Positions 39,391-49,798 are shown, counted from the first letter of the stretch. The stretch is 64,000 nt of DNA from Fermentimonas sp. (GCA_015478775.1 JADMKP010000008.1:184076-248075), one strand, 5' to 3'. Translations and numbers: made by a program. The notes: generated by a model not told the origin, from the letters alone.

Positions 39391-40587
39391 ATGGATATTC
39401 ACAATAATCAAATAACTAAAGTGGTGAAAAAAGTGATTAAAAAACTATTATTTCTTACAATCCTTACTTTTGGTGTGTTTGCATCGTGTAAGCAAGGCGA
39501 TAAATTTACCGTAGCAGGAACAGTTACTTCTGCAGATGGCGATACTCTTTATCTTGAGCATAGAGATCTTGCAGGACTTGAGCTGATTGATTCTGTTAAA
39601 CTTAAAGATAACGGAGTGTTTAAATTTAAACATCAGGCACCGCATAATCCCGAGTTTTATCAATTGAGACTGGGTAAACAGGTGGTTGCTTTTGCGGTTG
39701 ACTCAACTGAAACGCTAAATGTATCGGCAGATGCTTCTGATTTGTATAAGACTTTTGTTGTTGAAGATTCATATACTAATAGTCAGTTGAGATTAGTAGA
39801 CGCTCTTACTCAAAAAGTAGCAGAAGGTATCAATAATCTAGAAAAGAGTCACACTGCTGGTAACCTAGATGATGTTGCTTTTATAAATAATCTCGATAGC
39901 CTGCTCACACAATATAAACGTGAGATTTCTAATCTAATATTAGCAAATCCATCAAGTGCCGCTGCTTACTATGCCGTATTTCAGAAGATAAACAATTATC
40001 TTATTTTTGATCCATACAATAAGAGCGATTATGCTATGTTTGGAGCTGTTGCTACATCGTGGAACCGTTATTTTCCTGATACAAAAAGAACCAAGCACTT
40101 ATATGATTTTACCGTTAATGCGCTTAATGCAAGACGTCAACAAGAACGCCAGGATGCTCTCTTTGAAAATATTCCTGTTGAAACTGGTTCTGGTTTACCC
40201 GATATTAACTTACCTGGGATAGGGGGGTCTAAGGTTGCCTTGTCTTCTCTTGAAGGTAAAGTTGTAATACTTGATTTTGTGGTTTATAATGCCGATTTTT
40301 CACCTGCTCATAATATTCAACTTAACAATATATATAATAGGTATAAGTCGCAAGGTGTAGAAGTGTATCAGATTTCATTTGATTCTGACGAGCATTTCTG
40401 GAAAATTTCGGCAGATAACCTTCCTTGGATTACTGTTCATGATGCGGCTTCTGTAAACTCCTCATTGTTGCCAAGATATAATGTAAGAGAATTACCTACT
40501 ACCTTTATTATGAATCGCGAAGGTGATGTAGTATCCCGATTAGAAAATTTAACGCAACTGCCTGAAGAACTGAATAAAGTGTTATAA
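39391..40587 (+). CDS. DUF4369/TlpA-like lipoprotein with a thioredoxin fold lacking CxxC; true start may be a GTG near 39424
   Basis: Lipobox FASC; C-terminal GKVVILDFVVY..., YQISFD, YNVRELPTTF. Confidence 0.8.
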   Translation: MDIHNNQITKVVKKVIKKLLFLTILTFGVFASCKQGDKFTVAGTVTSADGDTLYLEHRDLAGLELIDSVKLKDNGVFKFKHQAPHNPEFYQLRLGKQVVAFAVDSTETLNVSADASDLYKTFVVEDSYTNSQLRLVDALTQKVAEGINNLEKSHTAGNLDDVAFINNLDSLLTQYKREISNLILANPSSAAAYYAVFQKINNYLIFDPYNKSDYAMFGAVATSWNRYFPDTKRTKHLYDFTVNALNARRQQERQDALFENIPVETGSGLPDINLPGIGGSKVALSSLEGKVVILDFVVYNADFSPAHNIQLNNIYNRYKSQGVEVYQISFDSDEHFWKISADNLPWITVHDAASVNSSLLPRYNVRELPTTFIMNREGDVVSRLENLTQLPEELNKVL

Positions 40588-40626
40588 AACAAATCGATAA
40601 TATTTTTTTTATATAAATTAATTATT

Positions 40627-40634
40627 TATCTTTG
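40627..40634 (+). promoter_or_regulatory. Candidate -7 promoter element for greA
   Basis: TATCTTTG about 100 nt upstream of the greA ATG. Confidence 0.6.
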
Positions 40635-40654
40635 CTTTACTAATCATGAAAAAA

Positions 40655-40698
40655 AAGAGTTCCGACTTTCTATTCTTTAGGTCGGAATTCTTCTTTCT
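40655..40698 (+). terminator. Terminator-like hairpin upstream of greA
   Basis: aagagttccgac / gtcggaattctt 12-bp stem (one G-U) followed by CTTTCT. Confidence 0.6.
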
Positions 40699-40734
40699 AT
40701 ACATGATTTACAACTTAGATAAAAAAATATAGAT

Positions 40735-41205
40735 ATGACAGTTACCTACATGACCGAAGAGGGCCTTCGGAAATTACAAGAAGATATTAGAGAATTGGAA
40801 TCTGTGCAGAGGCCTGAAATATCTCGCCAGATTGCAGAAGCCAGAGACAAAGGAGATCTGTCTGAGAATGCCGAATATGACGCTGCTAAAGAGGCGCAGG
40901 GTATGCTTGAGGCTAAGATAGCCCAATTGAAAGCTCTTTTATTCTCGGCTCGTTTAATTGATGAAAGTGCAATTGGCACCGATGAGGTGAGAATTATGAA
41001 TAAAGTTACCATAAAGAATCTGAAAACGAAAAAAGAGATGACTTATACACTTGTCTCTGAAAGCGAAGCAGATTTAAGAAGTGGTAAAATAGCAGTGAAT
41101 ACACCCATTGGTTTGGGCTTATTAGGCAAAAAAGTGGGCGACGTAGCCGAGATTGAGGTTCCTTCTGGAATAATGACGTTTGAAATAATGAATATTTCTA
41201 TTTAA
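40735..41205 (+). CDS. greA: Transcription elongation factor GreA
   Basis: ARDKGDLSENAEYDAAKE, ISVNTP-like IAVNTPIG. Confidence 0.97.
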   Translation: MTVTYMTEEGLRKLQEDIRELESVQRPEISRQIAEARDKGDLSENAEYDAAKEAQGMLEAKIAQLKALLFSARLIDESAIGTDEVRIMNKVTIKNLKTKKEMTYTLVSESEADLRSGKIAVNTPIGLGLLGKKVGDVAEIEVPSGIMTFEIMNISI

Positions 41206-41223
41206 GCGAAATACAGATTAGAT

Positions 41224-41619
41224 ATGGCAACAATCTTTAGTAAAATAATTTCAGGCGATATCCCTTCTTACAAGATTGCAGAGAACGATAAGTTTTATGC
41301 TTTTCTGGATATTAACCCAATGGCTAAAGGTCACACGTTGGTGGTGCCAAAACAAGAGACTGATTATATATTTGATTTAGATGATACATTACTTGGTGAG
41401 ATGATTATCTTCGCCAAGCAGATTGCCATTGCAATAGAGAAAGCAATAAGTTGCAAGAGGGTGGGGATGATGGTAATTGGCCTTGAGGTGCCTCATGCTC
41501 ACATTCATCTTGTACCTATACAAAAAGAGGGTGATTTGAATCTCTCTAATCCAAAACTAAAATTAAGCAGTGATGAGTTTATTGAAATTGCAGATAAAAT
41601 AAAAGAGGCATTTCAATAA
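41224..41619 (+). CDS. HIT-family nucleotide hydrolase
   Basis: TIFSKII, AFLDINP, GHTLVVPK, HAHIHLVP triad. Confidence 0.95.
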   Translation: MATIFSKIISGDIPSYKIAENDKFYAFLDINPMAKGHTLVVPKQETDYIFDLDDTLLGEMIIFAKQIAIAIEKAISCKRVGMMVIGLEVPHAHIHLVPIQKEGDLNLSNPKLKLSSDEFIEIADKIKEAFQ

Positions 41620-41646
41620 GACTTCTTCGAGAAGATATAATAAAAT

Positions 41647-41682
41647 AGCGATGGTTTCATTAATTTGAATCATCGTTTTTTT
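41647..41682 (+). terminator. Terminator of greA-HIT
   Basis: cgatggtt / aatcatcg stem followed by a T-run. Confidence 0.7.
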
Positions 41683-41956
41683 ATGCATTATAATTACCAG
41701 ATCTATTTTAACATATAATATTATTTTTACTATTATTTCTTTTATATTTCTTACGCATTGGTTACATCCTCTTTATCTTCACCTCGTCTAACAATTGTTT
41801 AAATAAACCATTTTATATCCATAAATAAACTGTATTATCTCTACACATAGTCCGCACATTCTCCTGATTCTCCTCGAAAATTTCATGGCGAATCAAGACT
41901 TGGTTGGAGTAAAACAGGTGTTTGGTAATGTTAATAACTACCATCTAAATGAACCA

Positions 41957-41974
41957 AATGCAATCGTTTGCGTT
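41957..41974. promoter_or_regulatory. Putative LacI-family operator upstream of susC
   Basis: AATGCAATCGTTTGCGTT near-palindrome centred on CG, fitting the GnAAnCGnTTnC pattern. Confidence 0.6.
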
Positions 41975-42183
41975 AAAAAGTGAGCATATATATTGAATAA
42001 ATTAAAAATTAAAGAGAGTTAACTGTTATTATTGTAAAAGAAATATTACATCGAGGATGCATAAAAACCACTAAACTAAGGGATTAATGTTATATATCTA
42101 TTCCAGATACATGTTATAATAAAGAAAATTAATTTGAATTAACTAAATTATTTTAAGTATTTAATCTAAACATTCATGAATTT

Positions 42184-45126
42184 ATGAAAATTAAAAATTT
42201 TAATTTTGTTAAAGGGATCATGTTCGTATTAATATGGATATGTTCCTTGAGCATTTTTGCCCAGAACATTACCGTAAGAGGTAGTGTAAACGACGAAGAT
42301 GGAGAAGCGTTGATTGGGGTGACCGTGCAAGTGCAGGGTACCTCTATTGGTACTGTTACAGATTTTGATGGGAATTTTGTATTAGAAAATGTAGGGCAGA
42401 GTGCAACTCTAGAGGTTTCGTATGTAGGGATGCAGTCGGCAATTGTTCCAGTAAACGGAAGAACAACTATTAATGTTGTAATGGAAGCTGATGCAGAGAT
42501 TCTTGATGAACTTGTGGTGGTAGGTTATGGGCAACAACGCAGAAGAGAAATTACCGGTTCTGTGACAAATGTTACTCCCGAAGATTTTAATCAGGGGGTT
42601 AACAGAGATGCTGCCGACTTACTTCAGGGTAAGGTTGCTGGTTTGCAGATAACTAATCCTTCGGGGGATGTTACAGACGGTGCCAGAATTAGACTACGAG
42701 GGGTGTCTACTTTGCAAAACGACCAGGGTCCATTCATCGTTATTGATGGTGTGCCAGGAGGTGATATGCAAACTGTTGCTCCACAAGATATTGAATCTAT
42801 TACTGTATTAAAGGATGCTTCTTCTGCAGCTATCTACGGATCGCGGTCGGCAGGTGGTGTTATCCTTATTACCACAAAAAGAGGTTCGGGTGTGAAACCA
42901 AGAATCTCGTACGATGGTTATCTTGCTACCTCTTTAATTGCAAATAAACCCGACTTGCTAACGGCTGATGAATGGCGTGAGTATGCCAAAACAAGTGGCA
43001 GTGATGCTTCGGTTTATGATAGGTATGGTGCAAGTACAGATTGGTTTGATGAGATTACAAGAAATGGGTTTTCGCAAAATCATAGTTTGTCACTTGCCGG
43101 TGGAGGTTCTAACAGCAACTACAGAGCTTCGTTTAACTATCAGAAAAGCGATGGTATAATGAAGGATAACGATATGGATAGATATAACTTCAGGTTTCAG
43201 CTTCAACAGAGGGCAATAAACGACAGGTTGCGTATTGGACTTACAGGGTCTGCAAATATGCGCGATTTTAATCAACCTAATCGTAGGAACTTTGTACTTG
43301 CTTATAATATGCTTCCGGTTTATCCTATTAAACAGAGTGATGGCGAGTGGTTTGATACTCGAGAGTATGACCAGGGTAACCCGGTTAGAAATCAGGAGTT
43401 GAATCATAATTTCCGCAAGAACATTCACTTTTATGGTTCGGGAGATATTCTTTTTAATCTGATGGAAGGTTTAGACATAAAAACTCTTTTGTATAAAGAG
43501 AGAAGATCTGAAGAAAGAAGTCAGTATAATAATTCGGCTTCGGAGGCTGGAAGAGATGATGGTGGTTATGCTCTGCGTGAAAACAGAATTTGGGATAAAG
43601 AGCTGATGGAGTGGTTGCTTGAGTATAATACTGATTTTGGTGCATCGGAGCAGCATAGCTTAAATGCTATTGCAGGTTACTCGTGGGAAGAGAATGAATT
43701 CTCTTTTATGCGTGTGGCTAATAGAAACTTCACAACAGACCTGCTGGGTTCAAACAACTTAGAATCGGGTCAGGGTTTACGTCCAAATGATGTGGGTTCT
43801 GAAAAAAATATGAGTAGACTCATTTCATTTTTTGGAAGGGCTCATTACAGCTATATGTCTAAATACATGATAACTGCCACACTGCGCCGCGATGGTTCTT
43901 CTAAATTTGGAGCTAACCATAAATGGGGTACTTTCCCCTCGGTTTCGGCTGCTTGGGGAATTACCGAAGAGGCATTTATGGAAAATGTGAACTGGGTAAA
44001 TGATATGAAAATTAGGGTTGGTTATGGTATTACGGGTAATCAATCGGGACTAGATCCTTACAAAACTTTGCAGTTATACGGAACTAGCGGTACTTACTAC
44101 GATAATGGTCAGTGGCTTACTGCATATCAAATTAGTCAGAATGCCAACCCCGACCTGAAGTGGGAGGAGACATCGATGTTTAATATTGGTTTGGACTTCT
44201 TTTTGTTTAATAATAGAGTGAGCGGTACAGTTGAATGGTATGACAAACGCACTACCGATATGCTTTATACTTACCGAGTGCCTACTCCTCCTTTTTTGCA
44301 TCCGGATATGATGGCAAACGTGGGTGATATGAGAAACACCGGTATTGAAATGGCATTGAGTATTGATGTTTTAAAAGAAGGTGATTTTAGATGGAACACT
44401 TCTATTACAGCGGCGCACAATAAGAATGAAATAACAAGTCTTTCGGACGATGTTTATACTACTAGCAGAATTCTTGTGGGTGATGCTTGGGTTAGAGGTG
44501 GTTCGGGAAGAACAACGCACGTTATTGAAGAGGGTTATCCAGTTGGTCAGTTTTACGGACCGGAATTTATTCGTATTGATGAAGATGGCAAGTATGTATT
44601 TAAAGATAAGGATGGTAACGAAACAAATTCTGTAACTGCCGAGGATTATACCTATATAGGATCGGCACAGCCTGATCTTACTTTTGGATGGAGCAATCAG
44701 TTTAATTTTAAGAACTGGGACTTATCCTTCTTCCTCCGTGGAACTCTAGGAAACAAAGTGCTGAATATGGGACGAATGACTTACGGTCACCCAGGTTACC
44801 TAATTGGTGCTAATGCGCTTAATGATCCGCTTATACATCAGTTGAAGGTGGTTCCTGAGTACTCGTCGCTATATGTTGAAGATGCATCTCATATTCGCCT
44901 CGATAATATGTCGCTTGGTTATACATTTAAAACAGATAATATAAGCTGGCTGGAGCGTGCTAGAGTTTATGCAACAGGACAAAATATGTTTGTGTTGACA
45001 AATTATAAAGGTTTGGATCCTGAGGTTGATGAAAACAGGAATAACGGACTTGCTCCCGGTGTGGAGGATAGAGAATATTATCCGAAAGCCACAACTTACT
45101 CAGTTGGTATAAGCCTAACTTTCTAA
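42184..45126 (+). CDS. susC: SusC/RagA TonB-dependent transporter
   Basis: N-terminal carboxypeptidase-regulatory-like domain, LDELVVVGYG, IESITVLKDASSAAIYGSR plug, LRRDGSSKFG, LKWEET, terminal F. Confidence 0.96.
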   Translation: MKIKNFNFVKGIMFVLIWICSLSIFAQNITVRGSVNDEDGEALIGVTVQVQGTSIGTVTDFDGNFVLENVGQSATLEVSYVGMQSAIVPVNGRTTINVVMEADAEILDELVVVGYGQQRRREITGSVTNVTPEDFNQGVNRDAADLLQGKVAGLQITNPSGDVTDGARIRLRGVSTLQNDQGPFIVIDGVPGGDMQTVAPQDIESITVLKDASSAAIYGSRSAGGVILITTKRGSGVKPRISYDGYLATSLIANKPDLLTADEWREYAKTSGSDASVYDRYGASTDWFDEITRNGFSQNHSLSLAGGGSNSNYRASFNYQKSDGIMKDNDMDRYNFRFQLQQRAINDRLRIGLTGSANMRDFNQPNRRNFVLAYNMLPVYPIKQSDGEWFDTREYDQGNPVRNQELNHNFRKNIHFYGSGDILFNLMEGLDIKTLLYKERRSEERSQYNNSASEAGRDDGGYALRENRIWDKELMEWLLEYNTDFGASEQHSLNAIAGYSWEENEFSFMRVANRNFTTDLLGSNNLESGQGLRPNDVGSEKNMSRLISFFGRAHYSYMSKYMITATLRRDGSSKFGANHKWGTFPSVSAAWGITEEAFMENVNWVNDMKIRVGYGITGNQSGLDPYKTLQLYGTSGTYYDNGQWLTAYQISQNANPDLKWEETSMFNIGLDFFLFNNRVSGTVEWYDKRTTDMLYTYRVPTPPFLHPDMMANVGDMRNTGIEMALSIDVLKEGDFRWNTSITAAHNKNEITSLSDDVYTTSRILVGDAWVRGGSGRTTHVIEEGYPVGQFYGPEFIRIDEDGKYVFKDKDGNETNSVTAEDYTYIGSAQPDLTFGWSNQFNFKNWDLSFFLRGTLGNKVLNMGRMTYGHPGYLIGANALNDPLIHQLKVVPEYSSLYVEDASHIRLDNMSLGYTFKTDNISWLERARVYATGQNMFVLTNYKGLDPEVDENRNNGLAPGVEDREYYPKATTYSVGISLTF

Positions 45127-45144
45127 CTTTAATATCACACGAAA

Positions 45145-46692
45145 ATGAAAAAAATATTTAAACTAACAATAATGTTGACAGTGTTGGTGTTGATGGGTGG
45201 AATATTCTCATGTACCAACCTCGACGAAACTGTGTATGACACAATTCCGGCAGATGAATTTGGTAAGAAGCCTGCCGAGATTAATGCAATAATTGCACCT
45301 ATATATAAAACACTTAAGAGTGTATTCCCGGGGGATGTGTTTCTTCTTTCGGAAGCTACAGGTGATATGGCTATTACGCCCACACGTGTGGGTGGCGACT
45401 GGTGGGATGGTGGTGTTCATATGGTTTTAAAGCTGCATACATGGCATGCAAGAAATGGTCTTATTAATGGTTCGTGGAATGCATGTATGTCTGGTATTAC
45501 TAGCTGCAACCAAATTTATGCAACTATTGAAGGGTCTGAAATGGACGCCGATTTGAAGGCTCAAACTCTTGCCGAGATTAGAGGAATTAGGGCATTTTGG
45601 TACTATATTCTTATAGATTATTTTGGAAATGCTCCTCTTGTATCTGATTATGAATCAACAGATTTGCCATCGATGACTGATCGTCAAACTCTTTATAATT
45701 TTGTGGTTTCGGAACTTAATGAGATTAAAGATAATCTTAGAGCTGATGTTACGGGCGAGAGCTATGGCAAGTTTACACAAGGTGCAGCTTATACATTGCT
45801 TGCTAAGATGTATTTGAATGCGGAGGTGTGGACAGGTACTCCAAACTGGCAGGGTGTGATTGATGCTACAGATAAAGTGATGTCGCTTGATTATATTATT
45901 GAGCCTAACTGGAAGACTAACTTTGAGGTAAATAATGAGGTTTCGAGAGAAATTATTCTTCCAATTGCATTTGGTAAGGATGATGGGGACAATCATATTC
46001 ATAAACGTACATTGCATTATTTAGACCCGATTGCATTGGGAATGACCGTGGGTACTTGGAATGGTGTGAGTGCGCAACCCGACTATGTAAAACAGTTTGA
46101 TGATGCTGATAATCGTAAGAAGGGTTCGTTTTTAATTGGGCCAATGATTGATCCGGCAACTGGTGAAGTTTTAATAACTGGTCACGCTCGACCTCTTAAT
46201 CATACTATTGATTTCAATATGATTCCTGGTTCTCTCAGAGAAGGAATGTGGGGTGAGGTACACCAAGAAGAGGGTGCACGCTGCAATAAATGGGTGTATG
46301 AAAAGGGTCTTGCCAATTCGGATATGGAAAACGATTTTGCAATTTTCCGCCTTGCTGACGTTTATCTTATGAAAGCAGAAGCTTTGGTGAGATTGGGACA
46401 GAATAACTCTGAAGCTACAAGTCTGGTAAACACTATTCGTGAACGAGGATTTGGAGACGACTCTCATAACTATACTTCTGTAACACTAGAGAATGTGCGA
46501 ATGGAAAGACGTCTGGAGCTTGCATGGGAAAACGCTAACCGTCAGGATTTGATTCGCTTTGGTAAATTTCTTGAGCCGGGTTACCTTCGTCCAACTGCTT
46601 CTTCACCTCACTTGTTGTTATTCCCTATCCCTGAAACTGCATGGGAGACAAATAACAATTTAGTACAAAATCCAGGTTATCCTAGTTTTTGA
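45145..46692 (+). CDS. susD: SusD/RagB lipoprotein
   Basis: Lipobox IFSC, TPR helices, RLADVYLMKAEA, ERRLELAWE..RQDLIRF, QNPGY. Confidence 0.95.
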   Translation: MKKIFKLTIMLTVLVLMGGIFSCTNLDETVYDTIPADEFGKKPAEINAIIAPIYKTLKSVFPGDVFLLSEATGDMAITPTRVGGDWWDGGVHMVLKLHTWHARNGLINGSWNACMSGITSCNQIYATIEGSEMDADLKAQTLAEIRGIRAFWYYILIDYFGNAPLVSDYESTDLPSMTDRQTLYNFVVSELNEIKDNLRADVTGESYGKFTQGAAYTLLAKMYLNAEVWTGTPNWQGVIDATDKVMSLDYIIEPNWKTNFEVNNEVSREIILPIAFGKDDGDNHIHKRTLHYLDPIALGMTVGTWNGVSAQPDYVKQFDDADNRKKGSFLIGPMIDPATGEVLITGHARPLNHTIDFNMIPGSLREGMWGEVHQEEGARCNKWVYEKGLANSDMENDFAIFRLADVYLMKAEALVRLGQNNSEATSLVNTIRERGFGDDSHNYTSVTLENVRMERRLELAWENANRQDLIRFGKFLEPGYLRPTASSPHLLLFPIPETAWETNNNLVQNPGYPSF

Positions 46693-46741
46693 TTAATAAT
46701 GATATAGTATTGCCAGTTGAGACTGGTAACAACAATGTTTT

Positions 46742-46774
46742 AAAAGTGCCCGTTTAATTGGGCACTTTTTTTTT
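46742..46774. terminator. Bidirectional terminator between susD and coaA
   Basis: aaaagtgccc / gggcactttt with a long T-run. Confidence 0.88.
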
Positions 46775-46858
46775 GGTTATACTAAAAGTCAATACGATAC
46801 TTGCAGATTGTATTACCAAAGGATTTAGGTTGTGATTACGATTGCTTTGTACAGTTTG

Positions 46859-47809
46859 CTAAACTTTGCGTGTGCGAATACCTCTAATCATATGACTTTT
46901 GCCTTTCTCCAAGATAAGATCGGCACGAAAGCGTGTGGGCAGAATATTTTGTTGAAGGTTAGGAAGGTTTATTTCCTCCCACACCATATTGGCAAAGTTT
47001 AATAGTTTTTCTTCGGAATATGATGCATATTTATGAAAATAGGATTCGGGGTTGCTAAAAGCTGTTTTCTGTAATTTTTTGAATCGCTCTATGTACCATT
47101 GTCGAAGATCTTTCTCGCTTGCATCAACATAAATTGAGTAATCGAAAAAATCGGATACAAATACGCGTCGTCTGGCTTTTAGTGCATTTGACACCTGTAG
47201 CACGTTTATTCCTTCAACTATGAGAATATCTGGTCGTTTGAATTTGTGAACTTCGTCTTTTATAACATCGTAATATAGATGTGAGTAAACTGGCACTTCA
47301 AGATCTTCGCGACCAGATTTAACAGCGGAAAGGAACGAAAGTAGTTTTTTTGCATCGTAGCTTTCGGGAAAGCCTTTTTTATTTAATATACCTCTGTTTT
47401 CCAACTCTTTGTTGGTGTAGAGGAAGCCGTCGGTAGTAATAAGTTCTACCTTTAAATTGCCAGGGGTGAGCGATAATAGTTTCTGAAGTACACGCGCTGT
47501 GGTGCTCTTGCCTGCGGCAACGCTACCGGCTATGCCTATTATATAGGGTATGGTGGTGCTTTTGTTTTCAAAAAACTGATCTAGCTCGTTGTGAAGGTTG
47601 CGATAATGTGTAATATAAATTTGGAGGAGGCTAATCATGGGTATGTAGATATCCTCAACTTCTTGCTCTGTGAGTGGTTCGTTTAACGCATGCAGCCTAG
47701 TTAAATCGATATCAGATATAGGGAACATTGGGTGCTCTTCAAGCATTTTCCATTCGTCGCGTGTGAATGCCCGAAAGGGTGAATAGGTGACCTCATAGAC
47801 TTTGTTCAT
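46859..47809 (-). CDS. coaA: Type I pantothenate kinase
   Basis: GIAGSVAAGKST P-loop, TTDGFLY, KKGFPESYD, PVYSHLYYD, LIVEGINVLQ, RFRADLILEKG..H. Confidence 0.93.
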   Translation of the reverse strand: MNKVYEVTYSPFRAFTRDEWKMLEEHPMFPISDIDLTRLHALNEPLTEQEVEDIYIPMISLLQIYITHYRNLHNELDQFFENKSTTIPYIIGIAGSVAAGKSTTARVLQKLLSLTPGNLKVELITTDGFLYTNKELENRGILNKKGFPESYDAKKLLSFLSAVKSGREDLEVPVYSHLYYDVIKDEVHKFKRPDILIVEGINVLQVSNALKARRRVFVSDFFDYSIYVDASEKDLRQWYIERFKKLQKTAFSNPESYFHKYASYSEEKLLNFANMVWEEINLPNLQQNILPTRFRADLILEKGKSHMIRGIRTRKV

Positions 47810-47852
47810 ATGATTGCAGATTATTTAACCACAAATGTAAGGTTTTTTTATA

Positions 47853-47886
47853 AAAAAACCGGTAAACAAATGTCCACCGGTTTTTT
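47853..47886 (-). terminator. Terminator of htpG
   Basis: aaaaaaccggt / accggtttttt. Confidence 0.85.
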
Positions 47887-47905
47887 AGGGTTTTATATAA
47901 TCGTA

Positions 47906-49798
47906 TTAAATCATATCGAAGCTGCGTTTTACAAAATTACTTAGGGCCTCACCTCTTAGCATTCCGTTAGAAAGCAATGCAATATCTACAAGATGCTTAA
48001 GCTTACCATTGGCAGTTGTTTCGTTTAATAATGCTTCTTTATCTTTTTGCTTGCTTGCCTCCATAAGCTCTTTTATGAGAGGGTGCTGCACATTAAGCAC
48101 TACCTGATAAGTATCGGGCATCTCGCCATAGAACGCCATCTGCTGTTGCATTGCTGCCATCTCTTTCATTCGGCGTGAGAACTCGTTTTGAGTAATCTGA
48201 ATAGGCCTTGAGTTTTCGCCCAGCGACTTGAAGTCTACACTAAATTCTGTTTTTGCAATAATCGGCATTTGTGCTTTTACAGTTTCTGTAAGTGATTCTT
48301 TTTGCTCGTCGGTGAGCTCAACCTCTTTAATATCCTCTTTTTGGATTATATGTTCAATAATGTCGCTATCGACTCTAATAAAGCGGGTTTTTTCAAGCTT
48401 TTGTTCAAGTAATCCCACCCAGTGAACATCTAACTGGCCATCAAGCTGCAGTACGTCGTAGCCTTTGTCCTTGGCTGCTTCTATATGCGAATATTGTTCT
48501 TGTGTGTTGCTGCAATAAAGGTATATAATATCACCATTTTTATCTGTTTGACTGCTCTCTACCAGCGTTTTGTACTCGTCGAATGTGAAGAACTTGCCAT
48601 CAACATTCTTAAGTAATGAGAATTTTGTGGCACGGTCGTTAAATCTCTCGTCGGTGAGCATGCCATACACAACAAACATTTTAAGACTATCCCATTTTTC
48701 CTCAAACTGAGCACGTTCTTTTTTGAATAGTTCTTCAAGCTTATCGGCAACCTTTTTTGTGATGTGGTTGGATATCTTTTTTACGTTATTATCGCTTTGC
48801 AAATATGAGCGAGATACATTTAGAGGAATATCGGGTGAGTCTAACACACCATGCAACAGAGTAAGAAATTCAGGCACTATTCCCTCAACAGAATCGGTTA
48901 CGAATACCTGATTGCTGTATAGTTGAATTTTATTGCGCTGAAGATCGATATTACTCTTCACCTTAGGGAAATAGAGCACACCGGTGAGATTGAATGGGTA
49001 ATCTACATTAAGGTGAATCCAAAACATTGGCTCTTCGGTAAGCGACATTGGATATAGATCGCGATAGAAATTGAGATAATCTTCATCCTTCAGAGCTGCT
49101 GGCTGACGACGCCAAAGTGGATTAACATCGTTAATTACATTATCCTCGTCCGTATCAACATAGCTGCCATCTTTCCATTCCTGTTTTTTGCCATATACAA
49201 TTGGAACGGGAAGGAATTTACAATATTTTTTTAATAGAGTCTCAATTCTTCCTTTTTCAAGATACTCGCTATACTCGTCATCTATATGAAGTACGATGTC
49301 GGTGCCTCTGCTATCTTTCTCTACAGTCTCCATCGTGAACTCGGGAGAACCGTCGCAAGTCCATTTTACCGCTTCTTCATCTTTATAAGACTTAGAAATT
49401 ATCTCAACCTGTTTTGATACCATGAAAGATGAGTAGAAACCTAAGCCAAAATGACCTATAATGGCATTTGCATCATCTTTATATTTATCTAGAAACTCAT
49501 TTGCCGATGATAGTGCAATTTGATTGATGTATTTATCAACCTCCTCTGCCGTCATGCCAATACCGCGATCGGAAATAGTGAGTGTCTTATTCTCATTGTC
49601 GATAGCAACACTTACAGATAAATCGCCAAGCTCACCTTTGAACTCACCTCTGTCTGATAAAGTTTTAATTTTTTGTGTCGCATCAACTGCATTCGAAACT
49701 ATCTCGCGCAAGAATATCTCCTGATCGCTATAAAGAAACTTTTTAATAATGGGGAAAATGTTGTCGGTGGTAACCCCGATTTGACCTTTTTGTACCAT
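47906..49798 (-). CDS. htpG: Hsp90 chaperone HtpG
   Basis: FLREIVSNAVDA, DRGIGMT, IIGHFGLGFYSSF, DSPDIPLNVSRSYLQ. Confidence 0.97.
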   Translation of the reverse strand: MVQKGQIGVTTDNIFPIIKKFLYSDQEIFLREIVSNAVDATQKIKTLSDRGEFKGELGDLSVSVAIDNENKTLTISDRGIGMTAEEVDKYINQIALSSANEFLDKYKDDANAIIGHFGLGFYSSFMVSKQVEIISKSYKDEEAVKWTCDGSPEFTMETVEKDSRGTDIVLHIDDEYSEYLEKGRIETLLKKYCKFLPVPIVYGKKQEWKDGSYVDTDEDNVINDVNPLWRRQPAALKDEDYLNFYRDLYPMSLTEEPMFWIHLNVDYPFNLTGVLYFPKVKSNIDLQRNKIQLYSNQVFVTDSVEGIVPEFLTLLHGVLDSPDIPLNVSRSYLQSDNNVKKISNHITKKVADKLEELFKKERAQFEEKWDSLKMFVVYGMLTDERFNDRATKFSLLKNVDGKFFTFDEYKTLVESSQTDKNGDIIYLYCSNTQEQYSHIEAAKDKGYDVLQLDGQLDVHWVGLLEQKLEKTRFIRVDSDIIEHIIQKEDIKEVELTDEQKESLTETVKAQMPIIAKTEFSVDFKSLGENSRPIQITQNEFSRRMKEMAAMQQQMAFYGEMPDTYQVVLNVQHPLIKELMEASKQKDKEALLNETTANGKLKHLVDIALLSNGMLRGEALSNFVKRSFDMI

